Shown: piece after piece, positions 49,812 through 59,033 of the stretch
Position numbering within the stretch: the stretch's first letter is position 1
How the letters are laid out: the number at the start of each line of letters is the position of its first letter
Assembly (NCBI GenBank): GCA_964397025.1
Contig: CAYNGO010000004.1
Span: 1-59,059 of the forward strand
Direction of reading: 5' to 3'
DNA from: an uncultured Weeksellaceae bacterium
GTDB lineage: Bacteria; Bacteroidota; Bacteroidia; Flavobacteriales; BACL11
Length of the DNA: 59,059 nucleotides
Program-made: the position numbers and the translations under genes
The notes under the pieces: model-generated
Databases searched by the model: none
Seen by the model: the letters and a program-made list of their open reading frames with translations, nothing else
What the model was told of the DNA's origin: nothing

Positions 49812-50653
49812 ATTAAAATATCCAAAATTACAAATACTCCAAATACAATTGATGCAATTCCATTTGTAGTAAAAAAAGCAATATTAATTCTTGAAAGATC
49901 ATCCTTACTAATAATGCTATGTTGGAATATGAGTAATGCTGAAAAAACAAAAGTACCACACCAATAAAAATAAGAAAAGTTATAAAATGTTCCAACATAA
50001 AAAACTAGCATAACTGTAGAGATGTGTAAAAATTTTGAAACTCTTAAAGCATTTTTCTTACCAAAGAAAACCGGAATAGATTTTAAATTATTCTTAGCAT
50101 CAAATTCTTTGTCTTGTAAAGAGTAAATAATATCAAATCCAGCAACCCAAAATAAAACAATAAATGAGAAAAATATTGGCACTATATGAAATGTTTCTGT
50201 AACAGCTAAATATGCTCCTATTGGAGAGAGAGATAGTCCAACTCCAAGTATCAAATGACATAATGATGTGAACCGCTTAGTATAACTATATCCAAGGATT
50301 ATTAAAAGAGCGATTGGAGATAAAAAAAAACATAATTGATTTATGAAATATGTTGTTATGATAAAAAGACAAGAATTGAAAATAACAAATATTAATGCTG
50401 AAGATGGTTTGATTTTTTTGCTTGGAATTTCTCTTGTTTTTGATGTTCTGGGATTAATTGTGTCAATATCTCTATCAATATATCTGTTGAAGGCCATTGC
50501 TGCTGATCTAGCAAAAATCATACATAATAAAACGTAAATTAATAAATTAATAGAAAAATTATATTCAGGATAAGAAAGAAAAAACCCTATCAAAGCAAAT
50601 GGAAGAGCAAAAATAGTATGACTAAATTTAATTAATGATAAATAGTTTTTCAT
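49808..50653 (-). CDS. UbiA-like aromatic polyprenyltransferase
   Basis: Polytopic. NRYIDRDIDTINPRTSKTREIPS and YSLQDKEFDAKNNLKS Asp-rich motifs. Confidence 0.75.
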   Translation of the reverse strand: MKNYLSLIKFSHTIFALPFALIGFFLSYPEYNFSINLLIYVLLCMIFARSAAMAFNRYIDRDIDTINPRTSKTREIPSKKIKPSSALIFVIFNSCLFIITTYFINQLCFFLSPIALLIILGYSYTKRFTSLCHLILGVGLSLSPIGAYLAVTETFHIVPIFFSFIVLFWVAGFDIIYSLQDKEFDAKNNLKSIPVFFGKKNALRVSKFLHISTVMLVFYVGTFYNFSYFYWCGTFVFSALLIFQHSIISKDDLSRINIAFFTTNGIASIVFGVFVILDILI

Positions 50654-51117
50654 ATGTCAAATGAAAATGTGGAGTCTTTAGTTATAAGCCATTTCTTATC
50701 AATTTTTTCAATTTCTAACCAAAATAGACCATTTGGATGATCATTTTTTCTTATTAGTTTCCATTTGCCTTTGAGTTCAGCTTTTTTCTCTGAAGTTAAG
50801 GTTGTTTTTAATATTTCGAATTTGAGTTCTCCCATACTTGATTTTGTTGGGTAGCTATTTTTATACCTTTCAAGTGTTGCCATCCATCCATATGTTGGTT
50901 CATGTTTAGATGAAGTAAAGATAAGATCTTCTGAATTCCAGTAGCCTTTCATAAACCCATCAATATCTCCATTGTTCCAGCACTCTTGTTGGTGAGTTAA
51001 TATTTTTTTTATCGCATCAATTTCTAAAGGATTCTGCTTTAAAGTTTTATTAGTATTGATGTTATTCATATTACACGCAAAAAAAATAGTTAAGATAAAA
51101 GTTAAGATGATTCTCAT
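50650..51117 (-). CDS. SnoaL/NTF2-like (DUF4440-type) lipoprotein
   Basis: Lipobox IFFAC. ILTHQQECWNNGDIDGFMKGYWNS is typical of the NTF2-like fold family. ATGA overlap with the downstream UbiA-like gene. Confidence 0.5.
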   Translation of the reverse strand: MRIILTFILTIFFACNMNNINTNKTLKQNPLEIDAIKKILTHQQECWNNGDIDGFMKGYWNSEDLIFTSSKHEPTYGWMATLERYKNSYPTKSSMGELKFEILKTTLTSEKKAELKGKWKLIRKNDHPNGLFWLEIEKIDKKWLITKDSTFSFDI

Positions 51118-51121
51118 TAAG

Positions 51122-51129
51122 CAAAACTA
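51122..51129 (-). promoter_or_regulatory. -7 type promoter motif (TAGTTTTG on the minus strand), 4 nt upstream of the ATG at 51117
   Basis: The plus strand reads CAAAACTA at 51122-51129. Confidence 0.35.
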
Positions 51130-51154
51130 GCTAAATTTATCTATTATATTTTAC

Positions 51155-51162
51155 GATATTTG
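51155..51162 (+). promoter_or_regulatory. Near-consensus -7 motif GATATTTG, 4 nt upstream of the hisS ATG
   Basis: GATATTTG-TAAT-ATG. The first base deviates from TAnnTTTG. Confidence 0.3.
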
Positions 51163-51166
51163 TAAT

Positions 51167-52513
51167 ATGAAAGCAAAGGTTCAGATACCAAAAGGTACTC
51201 GTGATTTTACTCCTAAAATAATGTTTAGGAGAAATTATATTTTCAAAATTGTTAAATCTAATTTTGAGCGCTATGCTTATTCCCCTATTGAAACTCCAGC
51301 AATGGAAAATTTAGACACTTTGACTGGTAAATATGGAGAAGAGGGAGATCGTTTAATTTTCAAGATTTTAAATTCTGGTGATTTTCTTTCAAAATCTAAT
51401 ATTGATGAAAATATAACTTCTAAGTTACTCTCAAAAGAAATAGCTGAAAAGGCTCTTAGATATGACTTAACTGTTCCTTTTGCTCGATTTGTAGTTAATA
51501 ATAAAAATGATATTACTTTTCCATTCAAGCGTTATCAAATGCAGAATGTTTGGAGAGCAGATCGTCCACAGAAGGGTAGATTTAGAGAGTTTTACCAATG
51601 TGATGCGGATGTTATAGGTTCTAATTCATTATTAAATGAAATTGAACTTATTCAGCTTTGTGATGATATTTTTACTGATTTAAAAGTTCCTAATATTAAA
51701 ATATTAATTAATAATAGAAAAATTCTTGCAGCTATGATAGAAATGATGTCTGCATCTGAATTTTTTGATGATTTTGTAATTATTCTTGATAAAATTGATA
51801 AGATTGGTTTAGAAAAAGTAGAAGATGAATTAATTAAAATTGGTGTTCCAAAAAACAAGTTAAGTATTCTTAATAATTTTTTAAACATTACTGATATTGA
51901 TAAGTTAACTAATCTTCTATGTGATTCGAAAATAGGTATAATAGGAGTTCAAGAGCTTAAATATATAATGAAAAATATTGAAAATTTAAATCTTAAAAGC
52001 TCAGAGTTAAAGTTTGATATTACTCTCGCTAGAGGCTTAGATTATTATACTGGTTCTATACTTGAGGTTAAATCTCAAGATGTAAATATTGGTAGTATTG
52101 CAGGAGGAGGTAGGTATGATGATTTGACAAGTGTTTTTGGATTAGATGACGTATCTGGTGTTGGGATTTCTTTTGGAATTGACCGAATTTATTTAGTAAT
52201 GGAAGATCTCGGATTATTTCCAAAAGATATTGATCTTTCTACTCAAGTTATGTTTGTAAATTTTGGTGAAAAAGAATCTCTCTATTGTCTTTCATTACTA
52301 AAAGAATTAAGAAATAATAATATTAGTGCTGAACTATATCCTTCATCAGTAAAAATTAAAAAACAAATGACTTATGCAGATAATAAAGGAGTTCAATTTG
52401 TAATAATGATTGGAGAAGATGAAATGAAATCAAATACTTTGTCAGTCAAGGATATGAATAGTGGTGAACAAAATAATTTAACTCTTACTCAATTTATGAA
52501 AAAAATATCTTAG
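51167..52513 (+). CDS. hisS: Histidine--tRNA ligase
   Basis: Class II motifs: PKGTRDF, RYDLTVPFAR, FKRYQMQNVWRADRPQKGRFREFYQCD, GGGRYDDL and GISFGIDR. Confidence 0.95.
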   Translation: MKAKVQIPKGTRDFTPKIMFRRNYIFKIVKSNFERYAYSPIETPAMENLDTLTGKYGEEGDRLIFKILNSGDFLSKSNIDENITSKLLSKEIAEKALRYDLTVPFARFVVNNKNDITFPFKRYQMQNVWRADRPQKGRFREFYQCDADVIGSNSLLNEIELIQLCDDIFTDLKVPNIKILINNRKILAAMIEMMSASEFFDDFVIILDKIDKIGLEKVEDELIKIGVPKNKLSILNNFLNITDIDKLTNLLCDSKIGIIGVQELKYIMKNIENLNLKSSELKFDITLARGLDYYTGSILEVKSQDVNIGSIAGGGRYDDLTSVFGLDDVSGVGISFGIDRIYLVMEDLGLFPKDIDLSTQVMFVNFGEKESLYCLSLLKELRNNNISAELYPSSVKIKKQMTYADNKGVQFVIMIGEDEMKSNTLSVKDMNSGEQNNLTLTQFMKKIS

Positions 52514-54028
52514 ATGAAAATTTATAAAATTGGCGATGTGCCATTATCAATATCTATTATTTCTGATATTTTAAGAGAAGAGACTAACATAGTATTAAGT
52601 GCTTCAGCTAAGAAAAAAGTGATTCTTAATAAAGAATATCTTGATAAAAAAATTCAGAAATCTACTAAACCAATTTATGGAATAAATACTGGATTTGGTT
52701 CTCTTTGTAATCATGAAATTGATAATAATCAGCTTAGTAAATTACAATTTAATTTAGTGGTTTCACATGCTTGTGGGATGGGAGATGAGGTGCCTAAAGA
52801 ACTTGTTAAAATAATGCTTCTTTTAAAGGTACAGTCACTATCTCTTGGACATTCTGGTGTTCAATTAGAAACTATTAATCGTCTTGTTGAGATGTTTAAT
52901 AATAATATTCTTCCAGTTGTGTATCAACAAGGCTCATTGGGTGCTTCTGGAGATTTAGCTCCGCTTGCACATTTGTCACTTCCACTTTTAGCTTTAGGTG
53001 AAGTTGATGTTTTAGATACAGATGGTAGCTTTAAACGATATAACTCAAAAAAAGTATTAAAAAAAATGTCTTGGGATCCTATAAGCTTACAAGCTAAAGA
53101 GGGTCTTGCTTTATTAAATGGAACTCAATTTATGTCAGCTTATGGCGTGTGGTGTTTGATAAAATCTCAAAAACTGTCTTATTGTTCTGATCTAATTGCA
53201 AGTATTTCTATTGATGCTTTTAATGCTAGAAGTGAGAGTTTTGATCCATTAATTCACCTTGTTCGTCCACATAGTGGTCAAATCAAAACAGCTAATAATA
53301 TAAGAGAATTTTTATTTGAAAGTGAAATCCAAATTAAAGATAAGCAACATGTTCAAGATCCGTATTCTTTTAGATGTATTCCACAAGTTCATGGTGCTAC
53401 AAAAGGAGTTATTTCACATGTTTTAGATATTTTTACTACTGAAATAAATTCAGTAACTGATAATCCTACTATTTTTATTGAAGAAGATAAGATTATTTCA
53501 GGTGGTAATTTTCATGGTCAACCACTGGCAATGGCTTTAGATTATTTAGCAATTGCCATGTCTGAATTAGGTTCTATTTCTGAAAGAAGAATATTTCATC
53601 TTATTTCTGGTACAAGAGGTTTGCCTTCTTTCCTTGTAGCAAATCCTGGCTTAAATTCTGGAATGATGATTCCTCAATATACTGCTGCTAGTATTGCAAG
53701 TCAAAACAAACAATTATGTACTCCAGCATCTATAGATTCTATTGTGTCTTCTAACGGTCAAGAAGATCATGTCAGTATGGGTGCAAATGCAGCTACCAAA
53801 TTATTTAAAGTTGTTGAAAATATTGAACGTATCTTAGCTATTGAATTAATGAATGCAACTCAAGCATTAGCTTTTCGTAATCTTAAATCTTCAGATTTTA
53901 TAGAATCTATTTTAGATCTTTACAGAGAAAATATTGATTTTCTTAATAGTGACAGATTAATGCGTGATGATATTGAAAAGTCTATTGATTTTCTTAGGGA
54001 TATTAATATTGATATTGAGCTTCTTTAG
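52514..54028 (+). CDS. hutH: Histidine ammonia-lyase
   Basis: MIO-forming GSLGASGDLAPLAHL. YGINTGFG. The selectivity dipeptide SH in NLVVSHACGMG is HAL-type rather than TAL- or PAL-type. The ATG directly follows the hisS TAG. Confidence 0.9.
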   Translation: MKIYKIGDVPLSISIISDILREETNIVLSASAKKKVILNKEYLDKKIQKSTKPIYGINTGFGSLCNHEIDNNQLSKLQFNLVVSHACGMGDEVPKELVKIMLLLKVQSLSLGHSGVQLETINRLVEMFNNNILPVVYQQGSLGASGDLAPLAHLSLPLLALGEVDVLDTDGSFKRYNSKKVLKKMSWDPISLQAKEGLALLNGTQFMSAYGVWCLIKSQKLSYCSDLIASISIDAFNARSESFDPLIHLVRPHSGQIKTANNIREFLFESEIQIKDKQHVQDPYSFRCIPQVHGATKGVISHVLDIFTTEINSVTDNPTIFIEEDKIISGGNFHGQPLAMALDYLAIAMSELGSISERRIFHLISGTRGLPSFLVANPGLNSGMMIPQYTAASIASQNKQLCTPASIDSIVSSNGQEDHVSMGANAATKLFKVVENIERILAIELMNATQALAFRNLKSSDFIESILDLYRENIDFLNSDRLMRDDIEKSIDFLRDINIDIELL

Positions 54029-54711
54029 TTTTTTCCTGTAAAAATATATTCTAATATATTGGAACCCATTTTTAATGCTTTTTGTCTAGTTTCATAGCTG
54101 TCATTATGAACTTCTTGATCTTCCCAGCCATCACTTAAATCAGATTCATATGTGTATAAACATACTAACCTTTCATTGTGAAATATTCCAAATGCTTGAG
54201 AGTTTTTAGCATTATGAATATGGATTTTTGGCAAACCATTTGGGAATTTAAAAGTTTGATTAAATATGTTATGTTGGCTTGATATCTCTTGCAGTTCTGA
54301 TTCAGGAAATACTTTTTTAATTTCATCTCTAAAGTATAGATCTAATCCATAATTATCATCTACATGCAAAAATCCACCTCCAATTAAATATTTTCTTAGA
54401 TTTTTTGCTTCTTGCGTGTTAAAATTAACATTTCCATGACCTGTCATATGTATAAATGGATAATTGAATAACTCAGCACTACCAACATTTACAATCTCAG
54501 GACTTTCTTTAATATTAGTACCTATATTTTTATTTGCAAAACTTATCAGATTTGGAAGTGCACTTGGGTTAGCATACCAATCTCCACCTCCATTGTATTT
54601 TAGTATTGCGATTTGATAAGTGTTCTGTGAGAAGCTTATAATAGGAAATAAAAAACAAATTATAAGTATAGCATACTTTCTCTTAAGGATGATTTTTTTT
54701 AAGTTTATCAT
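54025..54711 (-). CDS. DUF4159 domain protein
   Basis: Signal/anchor, then YNGGGDWYANPSALPNL, HMTGHGN, GGFLHVDDNYG and GLPKIHIH motifs as I recall for DUF4159. Confidence 0.6.
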   Translation of the reverse strand: MINLKKIILKRKYAILIICFLFPIISFSQNTYQIAILKYNGGGDWYANPSALPNLISFANKNIGTNIKESPEIVNVGSAELFNYPFIHMTGHGNVNFNTQEAKNLRKYLIGGGFLHVDDNYGLDLYFRDEIKKVFPESELQEISSQHNIFNQTFKFPNGLPKIHIHNAKNSQAFGIFHNERLVCLYTYESDLSDGWEDQEVHNDSYETRQKALKMGSNILEYIFTGKN

Positions 54712-54713
54712 AT

Positions 54714-55403
54714 TTAATTATAAATCATATTTATTGATTGTGTTGCAACTAATCCAGCTGTTTCAGTTCTTAATCTACTATTGCCTAAACTTATATGACT
54801 AAATTTTTTTTCAGTTGCCATTTGGATTTCTTCAGCTGAAAAATCTCCTTCTGGACCAATCATAATATGCATACGATTACTTTCTTTTTTTAGTTTTATT
54901 TTTTCATATTCTTGGCAATGAGCAATATATTTTTTTCCTTCATATTTTTTTTGGATAAAATCTTTAAACATAATGGGTTCATTTAATTTAGGTAAGTAGA
55001 ACTTTAATGATTGCTTCATAGCAGATTTTAGAATTCTATTACACCTTTCAAGTTTAATGATTTTACGTTCAGAATTACTGCAGATTATTGGTGTTATCTC
55101 ATCAATTCCTATTTCAGTAGATTTTTCTAAAAACCACTCAAACCTATCCATGTTTTTAGTTGGAGCAATAGCTATATGTAAAGAGTAATTATGATTTTTT
55201 ATTTTCTTTTCTTTTTTAATAATTTTAACTGTTGTATTTTTTTTATCAGTTGTTATAATTTCTCCTGTTAAAAACATTCCTTTTCCATCAGTAAAATATA
55301 ATTTTTCTCCAATACTTTTGCGAAGTACTTTAACTACATGTCTACTCTCCTCTACAGATAGGCTGAGTTCTTTATCATCATCTTTACAGAAAAATAATTG
55401 CAT
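54714..55403 (-). CDS. rsmE: 16S rRNA (uracil1498-N3)-methyltransferase
   Basis: RHVVKVLR, KNMDRFEWFLEKSTEIGIDEITP, IGPEGDFSAEE and LGNSRLRTETA. Confidence 0.9.
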   Translation of the reverse strand: MQLFFCKDDDKELSLSVEESRHVVKVLRKSIGEKLYFTDGKGMFLTGEIITTDKKNTTVKIIKKEKKIKNHNYSLHIAIAPTKNMDRFEWFLEKSTEIGIDEITPIICSNSERKIIKLERCNRILKSAMKQSLKFYLPKLNEPIMFKDFIQKKYEGKKYIAHCQEYEKIKLKKESNRMHIMIGPEGDFSAEEIQMATEKKFSHISLGNSRLRTETAGLVATQSINMIYN

Positions 55404-55407
55404 AAGT

Positions 55408-55415
55408 CAAAAATA
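55408..55415 (-). promoter_or_regulatory. -7 type promoter motif (TATTTTTG on the minus strand), 4 nt upstream of the rsmE ATG
   Basis: The plus strand reads CAAAAATA at 55408-55415. The start complement is at 55401-55403. Confidence 0.35.
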
Positions 55416-55446
55416 TAAAAATCTAGAAATTAAAGCTCTAATATAT

Positions 55447-57051
55447 CTATTGATATCTTTTTGGAGCTGCAGTAAGAATTTCATCATTTGCATTTTCAGC
55501 AAATTGTTTAAAATTCTTATTAAAAGCATCTGCTAATTCATTTGCTTTATCTAAATATTCCTGTTGGCTTCCCCAAGTGTTAATTGGACTTAAAATTTCA
55601 TCTGGAACATTTGGACATGATAATGGCATGCTTAAGCCAAATACTTGGTGATTAATATATTCTATATTTTCAAGTTCATTATTTAAAATAGCAGTAATCA
55701 TCGCTCTTGTATATTTTAATGAAATTCTCTCACCAACTCCATATTCTCCTCCAGACCATCCTGTATTAATTAGCCATACATTAACATTATGTGACGTTAT
55801 TTTTTCACCTAACATTTCAGCATATTTAGTTGGATGAAGTGGCATAAACGGCGCTCCAAAGCATGCGGAAAATGTTGTTTGTGGTTCTGTTATGCCTGCT
55901 TCGGTTCCTGCAACTTTAGCTGTATATCCAGAAATAAAATGATACATAGCTTGTCCTTTTGTTAGTTTAGATACTGGAGGAAGTACTCCAAAAGCATCAG
56001 CAGTAAGAAAGAAAATATTCTTTGGGTTTTTACCATATGAAGGTATTGCAATATTATTTATATGTTCAATAGGGTATGAAACTCTTGTGTTTTCAGTTAT
56101 TGATGTGTCTTTAAAATTTACTTCATTAGTACCTTTGAAAAATGATACATTTTCTAATAATGCACCTTCTTTAATTGCAGAGTATATGTCAGGTTCTTTT
56201 TCCTGAGATAAATCTATGCATTTAGCATAACATCCCCCTTCAAAGTTAAAGACCGTGTCTCCATCCCATCCATGTTCATCATCGCCAATTAGATTTCTTG
56301 TAGGATCTGCAGATAATGTAGTTTTACCAGTCCCAGATAATCCAAAAAATATTGATGTGTCATTTTCTTGTCCAATATTAGCGCTACAGTGCATTGGTAG
56401 AACATTCCTTTCAACAGGTAAAATAAAGTTTAATGCAGAAAAAATACCTTTTTTAATTTCACCTGTATATCCAGTTCCACCAATTAAAATAATTTTTTTT
56501 GTAAAATTTAAAATAGCAAAGTTTTCTTGTCTTGTGCCGTCCTGATTTGGGTCTGCTAAAAATCCCGGGGCATTAAGAATTAGCCACTCATGAGAAAATT
56601 TATTTATTTCATCATCACTTGGTCTTAAAAACATATTATAAGCAAATAAGTTGCTAAAGGCATATTCATTAACTACGCGAATATTCAATCTATATTTATC
56701 AGCAGCACATGCATAAGCATCTCTAACATAAATCTCTTTATTAGATAAATAATTTAACACCTTTTCATGTAAGCTATTAAATTTTTCGTCATCAAATGGA
56801 AGATTCGTATCTCCCCACCAAACAGTATCATTGGTGATTTCATCCTGCACAATAAATCGATCCATAGGAGATCTTCCAGTAAATTTACCGGTATTTATTG
56901 TTATAGCATCTTGGGAAGTTAATTGAGCCTGACCATTTTTTAATGAAATTTCTGATAATTCTTTTGGAGAAAGGTTCCAATGAGCTCTAGAGTTTTTTAT
57001 TCCTAAATCAGATATGGTAGCGTTTGTTGCTCTCTTTCCTGTTTCGGTCAT
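55447..57051 (-). CDS. pckA: Phosphoenolpyruvate carboxykinase (ATP)
   Basis: GRSPMDRF, FFGLSGTGKTTLS, IGDDEHGW and NTGWSGG. The start was moved to Met 57051 because the upstream ATG (57079-57081) sits inside the promoter motif. Confidence 0.93.
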   Translation of the reverse strand: MTETGKRATNATISDLGIKNSRAHWNLSPKELSEISLKNGQAQLTSQDAITINTGKFTGRSPMDRFIVQDEITNDTVWWGDTNLPFDDEKFNSLHEKVLNYLSNKEIYVRDAYACAADKYRLNIRVVNEYAFSNLFAYNMFLRPSDDEINKFSHEWLILNAPGFLADPNQDGTRQENFAILNFTKKIILIGGTGYTGEIKKGIFSALNFILPVERNVLPMHCSANIGQENDTSIFFGLSGTGKTTLSADPTRNLIGDDEHGWDGDTVFNFEGGCYAKCIDLSQEKEPDIYSAIKEGALLENVSFFKGTNEVNFKDTSITENTRVSYPIEHINNIAIPSYGKNPKNIFFLTADAFGVLPPVSKLTKGQAMYHFISGYTAKVAGTEAGITEPQTTFSACFGAPFMPLHPTKYAEMLGEKITSHNVNVWLINTGWSGGEYGVGERISLKYTRAMITAILNNELENIEYINHQVFGLSMPLSCPNVPDEILSPINTWGSQQEYLDKANELADAFNKNFKQFAENANDEILTAAPKRYQ

Positions 57052-57078
57052 AATATATCTTATTTGTTTAAGAGCATG

Positions 57079-57086
57079 CAAAGTTA
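57079..57086 (-). promoter_or_regulatory. -7 type promoter motif (TAACTTTG on the minus strand) for pckA
   Basis: The plus strand reads CAAAGTTA, 27 nt upstream of ATG 57051. Confidence 0.4.
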
Positions 57087-57179
57087 TATTATATAATTTA
57101 TTATACTATTAGATTGCGATTTCTTTTTGATTGGTTATAATAAATAATAAATTAGCATTTTTAATTTTAACTCTAAAAA

Positions 57180-58508
57180 ATGAAAAATATTCTTGTTATT
57201 GGTGCTGGGAAATCAGCAGTTACTTTAATTAATTATTTACTAAATGAAAGTGCAAAGAATAATTGGTTTGTTACAGTTGCTGATTTTAATTTAGATTTAG
57301 CATTAAAAGCCTCTAACAATCATAGTAATTCTAGATCTATATATTTTGATGTTAATGATATTAATCAAAGAAATAAAGAAATTATTAGCTCCGATATTGT
57401 TGTATCTATGTTACCCGCAAGTATGCATATATTGGTTGCAAGAGACTGTGTTAACTTTAAAAAGAATTTAGTAACTGCTTCTTACGTTTCAGATGAAATT
57501 TTAGCTTTAGATAATCAGGCAAAAGAAAATGGAGTTTTGTTATTAAATGAAATAGGTCTTGATCCAGGTATTGATCATATGTCTGCAATGAAAGTAATTG
57601 ATGATTTAAAATCTCAGGGTGCAGAGATAACATCTTTTAAATCTTTTTGTGGTGGTTTAATTCATCCAGATTCTGATAATAACCCTTGGAATTATAAATT
57701 TACATGGAATCCAAGAAATGTGATTTTAGCTGGACAAGGGACTGCTCAATATATAGTTAATGATACCTATAAGTATGTTCCTTATCATCAACTATTTAAA
57801 AGGACAGAAACTCTAAATATTCTTAATGCAGGTGAGTTTGAAGCTTATGCAAATCGTGACTCACTATCATATCGAAAATCTTATGGTTTAGAAGATATAT
57901 CAACGATGTTCAGAGGTACTCTTAGAAAAAAAGGTTTTTGTAGAGCATGGGATATTTTTATCCAATTGGGAATGACTTCAGATGATTATAAAATGATAGA
58001 TTCTCAATCTATGAAATGTTGTGATTTTACAAATCTTTTTCTACCCAAGAATGATAAGATCTCATTAGAAGAAAATTTTTGCAATTATTTATCTATTTCT
58101 TTAGATTCTGAAGATTTTAAAAAAATTGAATGGCTTGGTTTGTTTTCTGATACTATAATTGGCTTAGATAATTTAACTCCCGCCCAATTTTTACAGAAGA
58201 TTACAGAAAGTAAATTGTCTCTTGAAAGTAATGATAAAGATATGGTAGTTATGCAACATCAATTTGAGTACTTAATTAATGATTCTACTAATGTTTTGCA
58301 TTCGTCATTAATAGTTTTTGGAGATAATCAGATCAATACTGCTATGGCAAAGACTGTAGGTTTACCCGTAGCTATTTCAGTAAAGCTTATATTAAGTGGA
58401 GCTATTAACTCATCTGGAGTAAAGATTCCTACAAGTAAAGATATTTATCTACCTGTTTTAAATGAGCTAGAAGATAATGGAATTACTTTTATTGAAGAGT
58501 TAGTTTAA
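57180..58508 (+). CDS. Saccharopine dehydrogenase family protein (Lys9-like)
   Basis: N-terminal ILVIGAGKSA Rossmann motif and GLDPGIDHMSAMKVID. Confidence 0.8.
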   Translation: MKNILVIGAGKSAVTLINYLLNESAKNNWFVTVADFNLDLALKASNNHSNSRSIYFDVNDINQRNKEIISSDIVVSMLPASMHILVARDCVNFKKNLVTASYVSDEILALDNQAKENGVLLLNEIGLDPGIDHMSAMKVIDDLKSQGAEITSFKSFCGGLIHPDSDNNPWNYKFTWNPRNVILAGQGTAQYIVNDTYKYVPYHQLFKRTETLNILNAGEFEAYANRDSLSYRKSYGLEDISTMFRGTLRKKGFCRAWDIFIQLGMTSDDYKMIDSQSMKCCDFTNLFLPKNDKISLEENFCNYLSISLDSEDFKKIEWLGLFSDTIIGLDNLTPAQFLQKITESKLSLESNDKDMVVMQHQFEYLINDSTNVLHSSLIVFGDNQINTAMAKTVGLPVAISVKLILSGAINSSGVKIPTSKDIYLPVLNELEDNGITFIEELV

Positions 58509-59015
58509 GTTTAGTAATTCTTTTGGTATTAGTACCTCAATGATTCTATTTGCCGTATTTATATTTTTTACAAATTCTTTATTCATCGGGAAACAAAATT
58601 TCTGTTCATTATTAGTTACATAAATTAGAGTTTGTGGTGTTTGCGAGTCTATGTAGCTAATTTTCCCTAAATCTCCTAGATTTTGATCATTTACTTTGTA
58701 TCCTGTAATATCTTCAATTGATTTTGTGTTTTTTACAGGTTTAAAGTTTTTAGGTAAGTAAACAGCTGATTTTAAAATACCTTTAGCCTCATCTTCAGAA
58801 TTAATATCCTCAAATTTTACAAGTATATTTTTTGGTTTTGTATTTCTGATTTTAGAAATAAAAAATGGTATTAGTGAATTATTTTTTTCAATAAATAAGA
58901 ATTCTATATTCTTTAAATTTAGAGTAACATCTTCTTCATTAAATATAGTTACATCACCCTTATAGCCATGTAATTTAAAAATTGTTCCAAGTAAGAAGCA
59001 ATTTTCTTTAAGCAT
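58500..59015 (-). CDS. rimM: 16S rRNA processing protein RimM
   Basis: CFLLGTIFKLHGYKGDV N-terminal beta-barrel and C-terminal PRC-barrel (GYKVNDQNLGDLGKI). Confidence 0.85.
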   Translation of the reverse strand: MLKENCFLLGTIFKLHGYKGDVTIFNEEDVTLNLKNIEFLFIEKNNSLIPFFISKIRNTKPKNILVKFEDINSEDEAKGILKSAVYLPKNFKPVKNTKSIEDITGYKVNDQNLGDLGKISYIDSQTPQTLIYVTNNEQKFCFPMNKEFVKNINTANRIIEVLIPKELLNLN

Positions 59016-59033
59016 TGTAAAAAATTATGCGAA

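Noticed and set aside
57052-57081. The longer N-terminus of pckA (MHALKQIRYI...)
   Set aside because: That ATG overlaps the TAACTTTG promoter motif (57079-57086). PckA homologues begin near MTETGK-like sequence.
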